From positions 88,164,001-88,228,000 of the forward strand of contig OZ024742.1 in assembly GCA_964016885.1 (NCBI GenBank): 64,000 nucleotides of DNA, in the 5' to 3' direction. Position 1 is the first letter of the stretch; each line of letters begins with the position of its first letter. The stretch comes from Eledone cirrhosa (lineage: Eukaryota). This document shows, piece by piece, positions 40,092 to 54,674 of the stretch. A program made the translations under genes and the position numbers. A model generated the notes under the pieces. That model had not been told where the DNA came from. It saw only the letters and a program-made list of their open reading frames with translations, and did no database searches.

Positions 40092-41156
40092 ATATACGAT
40101 ATTAAATAAATGGAAACTATATTTATAAAACCATATTTATTTCATTATACATATTTTAGGGATACCAAATTAAAATATGGCATGCATTCGTCAGATAAAA
40201 TACAATATATAAACAGTTTTATAAATAATTTTGACGTATCCTATTAGAAGCGACCATTATTTTTGGAAGCTGTCTGGATAGTGAGATGTTTATAATTATT
40301 TTATTAGTTATAGTGTTAAGCACAGTTTGAAAAAATATAACACAAGAAATGTATAGAAGTGATCAGGTGAAATCATTTGTATGTCTATATTATTGACTAG
40401 AGTAGACATAATTTTCTCTTTTTTCAGAACGTACATATGCGTGTATATATATATATATACATATATGTATCCGTATTTTTATAAATAGGGTAATTTTTGA
40501 AGGTTTTAACTCAGATTTTGGTATATTGACCTCACGGTTTTAAACTAAACATATGGTCATTATTGAACGATGTTATTTTCTCATATTATATATCTATGTC
40601 TCATTCATGAATATTGGTATTTGCATTTTTATTATTCATTTCATATGAATTGTTAATTCAACTTAATATGACATGACGTAAAGTTGTCACTGTATCCTCT
40701 TCTCTCTATATATTACTTGCTCTCTCTTGAGTTTCTCTGTATGATGAATTATTATCTCTCTGTTGCTTTCTTTTGCCTTTTTTAATTCTTTCTTTTGTCT
40801 TTTTCATTTCCTCCTATCTATTTATATATATCTTCCTTTTTTCTCTCTCTCCTTCTTTTTCTCTCTCCTTCTCTCTCTCCGTTTTTTCTTTCTCTCCGTT
40901 TTTTTCTTTCTCTCCGTCTTTTTTCTAACCGTGCTTAACACTATAACTAATTAAATAATTATAAACATCTCACTATCCAGACAGCTTCCAAAAATAATGG
41001 TCGCTTCTAATAGGGTACGTCAAAATTATTTATAAAACTGTTTATATATTGTATTTTATCTGACGTAGGCATGCCATATTTTAATTTGGTATCCCTGAAA
41101 TATGTATAATGAAATAAATATGGTTTTATAAATATAGTTTCCATTTAGTTAATATC

Positions 41157-41162
<6 letters not shown>
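40092..41162. mobile_element. Element with ~245-bp inverted terminal arms, each holding a hammerhead motif (PLE-derived)
   Basis: 40092-40335 is the reverse complement of 40920-41162. HHR motifs at 40141-40199 (-) and 41055-41113 (+). (TA)n follows. Confidence 0.8.
41055..41113 (+). ncRNA. Type I hammerhead ribozyme (A9 mutated here; the partner copy at 40141-40199 minus has CTGACGA but lacks G12)
   Basis: tttat CTGACGt aggcatgcca tattttaatt tggtatccct GAAA tatgta TA atgaa. Confidence 0.7.
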
Positions 41163-41249
<87 letters not shown>

Positions 41250-41289
41250 CATACGTATATATATATATATGTATATATTTTTATACTAG

Positions 41290-42210
41290 AGGAGGTTCAT
41301 ATTCTTGGTATATTGCCAGAAATGATAACAACAAACTCACTGTTTGGTTGATTGACCAGTGGTTAAAAATACATATATAAATATATATATATAGTCTATC
41401 AAATTTCTTTCGTTGCACATCGGCAATATCATCAATGGTACTATTATGTTCCGTACTATTGTATTGTAATGTCTACGACATTTTTATTTTATTTAGTTGT
41501 CTATTTATTTATTCTAGTCTCTGTGCCTGCGCATGCATTTGCGTGTGTGTATAATGTTTGATGTGTGGGTCCACGTTTGACTGTATGTGTTTTTGTTTTT
41601 GCATTCTATCTTTGTGTTTATATGTGTTTGTTGTTATTGTACTTGTGTGTATATTTATTTATTTATATTTCGCTTAAGTCAGTATGGTTTGTTTGGGTAT
41701 GGTTTCTTGTTGTTATTCCATTCATTCTCTCTGTTTATCTCTAGTCTTCTTAGTTCTATCACAGTTGCTTCTCTGATTTTCCTACCTGTTGATTCATTTC
41801 TATCCTTAGATATTCTATTTTAATTTCTATGTTTTGTATGTTACCGTCATGTCTTTCTCTGGCATGTCCATTTAGTATTGAACCGATTTTTTTTCTTTTT
41901 AGTTCCCCCCAGTGTGGGTCTATTCTTTCTCCTATAATTCGAGCTGTCTCGCCTATGTATGTCGTTGTCATGTTTCTGCAGGTATCCTCTGTACATCTTA
42001 TGCTATAGACTACATATCTAATTTTACAATTTATCTGGGGGTTCATTTAAAGCCATAAGAAAGACCCATCTAAACATTAAAGTGATAGAAAAGCCATGAA
42101 CGCCCATAAAATCACCGATCAGCAAAACATACCGCTGTACAAATAAGAAATATATTATATGTAAAATGAAGCCCTAAATAAATTGTCAAACTAGAAATGT
42201 AGTATATATA
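41290..42210 (-). mobile_element. Penelope-like family P4 remnant (GIY-YIG and 3' tail with a degenerate HHR)
   Basis: ORF 41759-42046 CKIRYVVYSIRC..TYIGETARIIGERI..H. A short inverted homolog lies at ~42165-42210. Minus 41394-41438 reads TTGATGA tattgc..gcaac GAAA gaaattt. Confidence 0.75.
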
Positions 42211-42353
42211 TGAAGTCATATGCTTGATCGATGTTGGATGTGCAAAGTGCAGTTAAGTTGCATATTTATACGAATATTAATAAAATTGGAAAACAAAATT
42301 ATTAGTTTTTACATATATATTTAGAGAGGAATGTTCATCATTCTGTCCGAGAT

Positions 42354-42477
42354 TATCCTAAGTTCTCTGTTAGCAAGCAAACAGAAGTGGCAGTAGTTTT
42401 AAATTGTTGGTTCTGACTGTATATATATATGGCAGTGGAGTGGTTGTATATATGTTCATGGACATGTGTATATATAG

Positions 42478-42555
<78 letters not shown>

Positions 42556-42676
42556 CTATATATACACATGTCCATGCACATATATACAACCACTCCACTC
42601 CCATATATATATATACAGTCAGAACCAACAATTGAAAACTACTGCCACATCTGTTTGCTTGCTAACAGAGAACTTA

Positions 42677-42681
<5 letters not shown>
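42354..42681. repeat. Long near-perfect palindrome (~130-nt unique arms) centred on (TA)n
   Basis: tatcctaagttctctgttagcaagcaaacag... is mirrored by ...ctgtttgcttgctaacagagaacttaggata. Confidence 0.92.
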
Positions 42682-42713
<32 letters not shown>

Positions 42714-42718
<5 letters not shown>

Positions 42719-43815
42719 TATGAAGAGAGTAGAAACATTTAGATATAATTAGTAATAAAATGTATCATACCTAAACTGCTCCTAGATTCCTCGACTACGT
42801 AGTTTCGTGGCATAAACAAAAACAATACATCATAAAGATATAGAGTCCCTGCGAGGTCTGCCGACTTATCAAGAGGATACCTCATTTTACTAGCTTCAAG
42901 AACGCGTTTACACGACGTGAGAAAGAATCCCAAAAGGCGGAGGGGGAAATAGTCACGCGATATAACGGTCGAGAAACAGAGCTAAGCCTCTTATAACCCC
43001 GAAGAAAATACCACAGAGGCGGAAGGGGTATTTATATCGAAGCCGTAGAAGAGGTGGTGAAGGAGGCGAGAAGTATGAGTAATGGCAGTTTTCCAGCAGT
43101 CGCCACACTTCAAAGATTACTCGACCAGAGGGAGTTATGAACAATATATTTAGAAACACACAGATACATGCAGACACACACATATACATGAATGCATCCA
43201 CACCCAACCGTGAGTTAATGGTGCCAACCTCACCGATGTTGCTCAATGAATGACTGGGACAGACCAATCCGGTTGAATTAGACTGAACCAGTATCAGAGT
43301 TAAAAATACATTATGAAGAGAGAAGAAACATTTAGATATAATTAGTAATAAAATGTATCATACATAAACTGTTCCTAGATTCCTCGACTACGTTGTTTCG
43401 TGGCATCGCGTGACTATTTCCCCCTCCGCCTTTTGGGATTCTTTCTCACGTCGTGTAGACGCGTTCTTGAAGCGAGTAAAATGAGGTACCCTCTTGATAA
43501 GTCGGCAGACCTCGCAGGGACTCTATATCTTTATGATGTATTGTTTTTGTTTATGCCATGAAACTCCGTAGTCGAGGAATCTAGGAGCAGTTTAGGTATG
43601 ATACATTTTATTACTAAGTATATCTAAATGTTTCTTCTCTCTTCATAATGTATTTTTAACTCTGATACTGGTTCAGTCTAATTCAACCGGACTGGTCTGT
43701 CCCAGTCATTCATTGAGCAACATCGGTGAGGTTGGCACCATTAACTCACGGTTGGGTGTGGATGCATTCATGTATATGTGTGTGTCCGCATGTATCTGTG
43801 TGTTTCTAAATATAT
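42714..43815. mobile_element. Non-coding 593-nt unit (about 1.17 tandem copies plus an inverted permuted copy) with a hammerhead ribozyme; retrozyme-like
   Basis: tacattatgaagag at 42714 and 43307; tcctcgactacg at 42788 and 43381 (period 593). 43405-43815 is a reverse complement running across the unit junction. Flanked by (TA)n. Confidence 0.8.
42788..42877 (-). ncRNA. Type I hammerhead ribozyme with U3-A8 core variant and long loop II
   Basis: Minus strand: tcctc TTGATAA gt(c)ggca..(~45 nt)..tgccac GAAA ctacgtag TC gagga. Palindromic stem III actacgtagt, GUC triplet. A second, slightly mutated copy lies at 43490-43578 (+). Confidence 0.75.
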
Positions 43816-44110
43816 TATATATATATATATGTATATGTACATATATATATATATATATGTGTGTGTGTCTGTGTGTGTGTGTGAGTATGTGTGAGTGTGT
43901 ATATGTGTGTGTGTGTGTTAATGTGTGTATGTGTGTGTATGTATGTGTGTATATGCATATATATATAGATATGTATGGATATGTATATGAATGTGTGTAT
44001 GTATATTGGGGTTCAAAAGGGAACGGGAGAAGGCTTCAAGAACACCCTCTTTCTCCGTTCCTTTGTTTCAATTGGGATTGCCTCGGGAACGTACACTTAT
44101 TATGCAAGAT

Positions 44111-44183
44111 GTTGTCTGATGAGATCATGGCTCGCTACACGGAATCGGGTGGCCATTGTCGTCATTGAAATATGTATCACAGT
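44111..44183 (+). ncRNA. Degenerate type I hammerhead motif
   Basis: gttgt CTGATGA gatcatggc..gccattgtcgtcatt GAAA tatgta TC acagt. The base of stem II is out of register (probable small deletion). Confidence 0.5.
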
Positions 44184-44230
44184 CATCGATATAGGAATTT
44201 AACATCTGAAAATATTTCGCATTTGCTTAT

Positions 44231-44263
<33 letters not shown>

Positions 44264-44496
44264 GAATAATAAAATAAGTAAGTCAAATATGTAAAATCTG
44301 GCTCCGTTTATTATAAATTATAAATTTACTGCTATATATATTTCGTTGACAGCTATTATTGGCTCTGACATCTTCAGGCAGTTTTTAAGAGGTCACAGCT
44401 AATAATAGCTTGTCACCGAAATATATATAGCACTAAATTTAAAATTTATAACAAACGAAGCCAAATTTTACATGTTTGACTTACTTATTTTATTTT
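44264..44496. repeat. Fold-back of two PLE terminal repeats, with an HHR at 44328-44382 (-) and a 5'-clipped HHR on the right arm
   Basis: The arms are mutual reverse complements. Minus strand: actgc CTGAAGA ..aataat.. GAAA tatata TA gcagt. Right arm: taaga ggtcacagct aataat agcttgtcacc gaaa tatatata gc. Confidence 0.8.
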
Positions 44497-45087
44497 AAAT
44501 TATTCCGGAGTAAACAAACGAACCTGCGCACTTCCTCCAGTGCCCAATCTGCATACTGCGGTGTCGGTAAACAAACAACATATACTCGATATATATGTGT
44601 GTGTGTGTGTGTGGGTGGGTGGGTGGGTGTGTGTGTGCATGTGTGTGTGTGAATATAACAAGCAAATTCTTATATATATAATGGTAAACCTTTTCAGTTT
44701 TTTTTTCTATGGGATGTAAAATAAAAACTCAAAAAGATTAAATAGACATCTTAATCAAGATTGAACCTAAGGCCAGAACCTCCACCGTCTCTAGTACATA
44801 CCACTAGGCCTCACAGACATCTATGGATCTCTTATGAAATTACATATTCATTAACATACTTTCAAAATATTCAAATTAAAGTGATGTGTTGTCGTTCATG
44901 TCTTTCTTAATGTTATTGCTCCTACGGTCGATTTCTAAATCATTTGGGTGTTCCATAAACTACATCCTCATTTATCTGGACTATATTTTTACCTGTAATC
45001 CATGTTTCACTTCTGTTGCACCTCATCACCCGTCTTTCGCTTTCTCTCTGTGATATTTGAATCTACTCTGATTGTGTTGTTAATTAC

Positions 45088-45144
<57 letters not shown>

Positions 45145-45177
45145 GTTAAAGTTTAATTTCGTTTCGTTATTTGTTTT

Positions 45178-45220
<43 letters not shown>

Positions 45221-45299
45221 CTCTGTGTGTGTCTGTGTGTGCGTGTGTGTGGGTATATATATATACATATTTACAGTGTCAGATAATATCTAAAAATAT

Positions 45300-46235
45300 T
45301 GGTTGCCAGGAGATGAATGGAGCCCACCTACATATACAATGCTATCATTTCATTTTCATAATGAACAGATAACATTTTCAAAATATATGTGGAAAAAAAA
45401 CAGTGCAATCAAATATTTTATAATTTATTATTCCAATTATTATTGGAATAATAAATTTAGTTATAGAAATCAGCTAGTTACCTTCCCTCACGCATTAACT
45501 CCCCTTAATCACACACACACTTCCGGAAATTAAAACATGTAAATTCTCGCAACAAAATCAACCTGCTCTATAAAATTGGATTAAAGAACAACAAGCTGTA
45601 ATAATCTAACCTAATACATCAAGCATCCAATACTGAAACATCGTTGATTATTTTAAGGACATATAATCTATATATTACGCTTACTGGATTGTGAAAATCG
45701 TGGTGTATACGAAAACCATAACATTATTTTGCTTCTCATTTTTAAAATTTCTCTGCACACAATCTTCTTTATTATACATAAAAAATACTTTACCATATAA
45801 TACTCTTGATTGCCCGCTTAAAGTGCTTGTACTGCATATAACACCTTGCCGCACAATAATCTTATATAAATAACACACACGCGCATGCCCCACGTGTAAC
45901 TATTGCATACACTAACTACTTCAAACTAACCTCTTGCATTATCTTCTTAAACTGCCGATGTTGTATTGTAACTTTAATTTTGTTTTAATTTTCTTTTAAT
46001 ATGATTTTAATTTTTGAATGTAAATTGCCTTGCTAAAATATTATAATGGATGTCACCCCACTGTGCATCGATATATACATATGTTTCTGTATGTCTCTTG
46101 TGTTGGAAAGGAGGTCATGTATGTAAACGATCATTTAAAAAATGCTCCGAAGACACCAAACCTCGGTTTGGACGAAACAGTTGTAAGCTAATAAATGGTT
46201 TGAACAGAAATTTTATTCATGTAATTTCTATATAA
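45300..46235 (+). mobile_element. Highly decayed PLE 3' region with a degenerate hammerhead (46144-46188) and AATAAA
   Basis: gct CCGAAGA caccaaac ctcg gtttggac GAAA cagttg TA agc then taataaa; upstream TFSKYMWKK resembles GIY-YIG C-terminal text (weak). Confidence 0.5.
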
Positions 46236-46255
46236 CTGCTCTGTAGAACAACTGA

Positions 46256-46435
46256 TGTGTTGGCACTATCAGTAGAGGGTCGGACGCCATGCTTTCCAGC
46301 ATAGTTACGTCCCTTTAAGATCTGAGTTCAAATCCCGCAGAGGTTGACTTTGCATTTCATCCTTGCGGGGTCGATAAAATAAAGTACCATTAATGCACTG
46401 GGTAATTACTGGCCTTGTGGCTAAAGTAGAAAAAG
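46256..46435 (+). mobile_element. tRNA-derived SINE with Deu/Nin-like domain
   Basis: tggcactatcagtagag, gagttcaaatcccg, gactttgcatttcatccttgcggggtcgataaaataaagtacc; homologous to 39275-39459. Confidence 0.85.
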
Positions 46436-46879
46436 TTATTACATTGAGCTATTCATCTTACTGGTAATAAGGTAGTAATAAATTACTGTCTTTCACTGTT
46501 TAGGTTTTAAAATATATATAAATATAAAAAGTGTTAGTATATACATAACCATAAATAGTATCCTTAATACTATATATATACATATATATAAATATGTATA
46601 TATATATATATATATATATTCAGTGTAATTAGGGGCTCTAACCCTACTGCTGTTAGATCGACTCTCCATATTTCTTTTCAATGGCTGACAATACCTTACC
46701 GGCGCCACTCGAATAAGGTAGTTATTTAACTCATAAATGGAGCCCTAATAGGTACTACCACCCCGGGCCAGGGCAGACCTGGGAGTCATGACAACTAAGG
46801 GGTAACTCCACATTCCCAACATCTCCTGAACTCCCGAACTGGAGCCTTGCCACTGGATGTAGTTTAATGTCATACTCTT

Positions 46880-47303
46880 CATTGCTTTAGTGGATTATGT
46901 GCTGCTGTATGGGTCTGAGACTTGGACACTTACCAAGAGACTCACTCAGATGGTGGATGGGTGCTACACGAGAATGCTGAAGATGGCTCTGAACATTAAT
47001 CAGTATACACTGAGGATGAAAAACTCAGAGCTGTATGGGAGCATCACAAAAGTCAGCTCAAAAGTGACACAGAAGAGACTGAGGTTGGCTGGACATGCTC
47101 ACCGACATCCAGAGTTGACATTGCACTCAGTGCTCCTTTGGGAGCCCCTACATGGACACACTAGAAGAGGAAGACCAAGGTTAACATATGTTGATGTCCT
47201 AAGGACAGACACTGGTCTGTTGGAGATGCAGGATATGGCAGCGATAATGAGGGACAGAGACCGCTGGAGAGAACTCGTCCATGGATCTCGGGAATTTTAC
47301 CCG

Positions 47304-47305
<2 letters not shown>
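46880..47305 (+). mobile_element. RTE/RTEX-type LINE 3' end
   Basis: ORF 46890-47339 VLLYGSETWTLT..CYTRML..RLRLAGHAHRH..RRGRPRLTYVD..MRDRDRWRELV; second copy at 52332-52625. Confidence 0.85.
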
Positions 47306-47341
<36 letters not shown>

Positions 47342-47364
47342 ATAATAATAATAATTGTAATAAT

Positions 47365-51340
<3,976 letters not shown>

Positions 51341-51966
51341 TAGCTAGCACATCAAGACGTAAATCATTCGCGTATAGTTCGTAATATCCGTTAGGGTATA
51401 AAGTGGGGCTGCAATACAGGAAAGATTTGTGCAATTTATGTTTACTAGCCGAAATTGCCTCAGATTTTTTGTTTAAGATGTGGTCATTGGTGTAGTGTAT
51501 TTCCGGGGCTTAAGTGGCGCAGAGGTCACGTGGTCTTTTAATTCCGTTATACGATCTAGCCCTGGCTAGAATCTACCACTTTACCCTGTATTGGGTGTGG
51601 TTGTCTGTTAGACTCCAGATATAAGCAGTAAATGACGTCATATTCCTTTCTAAAGGGTTAAGAAAAGAATGGGTAAGCATGTACAGACGCTGCTTGAATC
51701 TATTAGCAGTTAACACTATGTAGGCCTTATGGGATGTGGGTGTCTCAAATTTACATTTGTAGACAATGTTACTACAGAGGCATTTCCCGGATAGGGGGTA
51801 GTCAACCCGATTCTTACATTTGTAGTTAGTACTAGTTACAGGGTTTCACGTGTTCCTACGAATAGGTAATTTAGCTAAATTTGGAGCAGTGATGTTATGT
51901 GCAAGGTTAGGAGTCGTAGAGTAAGACATTTTAATGGTATTTCTATTAAATATATATATATATATA

Positions 51967-52066
51967 CAGGAGAAAGTATGACCCCAACGGCAGAGCTCAA
52001 GCCTTTTCGACGGTTATTTCTGGTGCCTTTCGATCCATCTGGTTCCTAACCACAACTCCTTCGTTA
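51967..52066. repeat. P3-family terminal repeat fragments (also 53352-53495)
   Basis: gtatgaccccaacggcagagctcaagcc..tcgacggttatttctgg and gatccatctggttcctaaccac match the 28835 and 50725 copies. Confidence 0.7.
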
Positions 52067-52140
52067 TATGTATATATATATATATGTATATATATATGTA
52101 TATATATATACATAATATATACATATACATATATATATAC

Positions 52141-52173
<33 letters not shown>

Positions 52174-52179
52174 AATATA

Positions 52180-52326
<147 letters not shown>

Positions 52327-52331
52327 ATATA

Positions 52332-52650
52332 TGATGAAGGACTCAGAGCTGTATGGGAGCCTCCCGAAATTCAGCTCAACAGTGACACAGAGGAGACTGA
52401 GCTTAGCTGAACATGCTCACCGACATCCAGAGTTGACACTGCACTCAGTGCACCTGTGGTAGCCCCTACATGGACACACTAGAAGAGGAAGACAAAGGTT
52501 AACGTATGTTGTTGCTCTAAGGACAGACACTGGTCTGTTGGAAACGGAGGAGATGGCAGCGATAATGAGGGACAGAGACCATTGGAGAGAACTCGTCCAT
52601 GGATCTCGGGTAATATACCCGCCGTAGATTGATAGATAGATAGATAGATT
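52332..52650 (+). mobile_element. RTE/RTEX-type 3' fragment followed by (GATA)n
   Basis: Near-identical to 47010-47305 ([27 protein letters not shown]). Confidence 0.85.
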
Positions 52651-52654
52651 ATAT

Positions 52655-52734
<80 letters not shown>

Positions 52735-53168
52735 ATATATACACACACACACATATATATATATATACATATATATATATAAATAAAGTATGTTATCCTA
52801 CGTGCAAAAAATGTATATAGGGATACATGTATTATCCTAACCGCGCGGATTCAAGTCTAAAAATAAATGGATAATCCATGCGGACTACCATTGAGAAGGA
52901 GACTCTCGTCACAGGGTTCTTGTCGCTCGGAGAATATAACGTTCCCGACATCAAATCCCGAAATGGGGCCATACAGCACTGTTCCCGGATGAGAGTGTAT
53001 GATAAAGAAACAATCTTGTCTAGTACCGTGTGTAAAGATAGAAGGCAAGGGCGGAAAGGTCAATGTCCTGCTTCTAGAAATAGAAACAGTTAAAACGACC
53101 AAAATGTTGTCTCGAATATATATATATATATATTTATCGTTACCACACTTTCTTTGCTCTCTCACTGT

Positions 53169-53305
<137 letters not shown>

Positions 53306-53505
53306 AATATACATATACTCACATATATATATATATATATATATATATAGCAAAGAAAGTGTACTAAGAAACCAGGTGGATCATAACCCACCGGCTTACA
53401 AGATACTTAGGGTTGTAGAGTAGGGAATAGGGAAAGAGTCAGGACCATGGCGGTTGGGCTCCGGACGTTTCGACAGATGTCTTGACTCTTTTCTAATATA
53501 TATAA

Positions 53506-53537
<32 letters not shown>

Positions 53538-53619
53538 CACATTCACCATTAATTGATTTGGTATCATTAAACCGTTGATACCAAACACTACTTGCTCAGT
53601 AGTCCGTATGTATGTGTAA

Positions 53620-53738
<119 letters not shown>

Positions 53739-53749
53739 GTAATAATAGA

Positions 53750-54655
53750 GTGCTATTGAATCGCTCCCATAAGTTTTTGATTTTTAACATATTTAAAACG
53801 ATTGTGATATAACAATTCTTAGTACAAATGGGACATAAAGCACCAGGCCTAACTTTCAGGAAATGAGAATCCATAATATCCTGTTCTATCGCTCAAATAT
53901 TCAATTTTGTATTATACATTTTATATTCAAAAAAGGAAATCGTTATAAATAGAAGAGAACCCCCACTGTCTACACGATATAGAACAGCCAAATAACAGCA
54001 ATTTCACCACCACGACAACCTTGATACACCATCTATCCCATCACCCCTCTGTGTACAATAAATACAACGGCAATTTCACCACCACCACCACCAATCCCAG
54101 CATAATTACTATTATTGTATCTCAAGTTTTCTCAAAACGTTTAATTCAAATATTAAGGGAATATGTCAACACATATATTAAACATACGCAACAGACCGCA
54201 TAGATATACAGATGAAACAAACACATCCTACTACAGTCTATTCAACAGAACACAGTAACGACCGCGCCATCACTATAGTCACTGCCGCCACCACTCCATC
54301 ATTGCTACTACTATCCCATCACCGCCGCCACCACTCCTTCATTGCTACCACCACTATTCCCCCACTGCCTTTCTTTTAACTTAAGAAAAGGAAGGTGGCG
54401 GTTTCACTAGACAAGAGAGAGGCTAGCAAGAGATATAAATAGACTGACTTCGTGACCCGGTCAAACATCAACGGCTATGGCACTGCTAACCCCCCCTCCC
54501 CACCCACAATAGAAAAAAGCCCCAGCAACACCACCGACATAGTCAACAACAACAACAGGCAACTTCAACAAAAAGTATATCATATTGTTAATAGTAATTT
54601 CATTCTTAAGCCACGCAATGCTCACATTAAGGAACCACTAATGATAGTAACAATT
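53750..54655 (+). repeat. Unclassified repeat homologous to 2802-4440 (single monomer-like copy)
   Basis: Shared aatattcaattttgtattatacattttatattcaaaaaag, tatagaacagccaaataacagcaatttcac and atataaatagactga..tgacccggtcaaa; follows (AAT)n. Confidence 0.8.
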
Positions 54656-54674
54656 TAAAAAGCAACAAAAAAAA

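Noticed and set aside
52985-53025. cggatga..gaaa caatcttg tc, HHR-like
   Set aside because: No stem II or stem I pairing.
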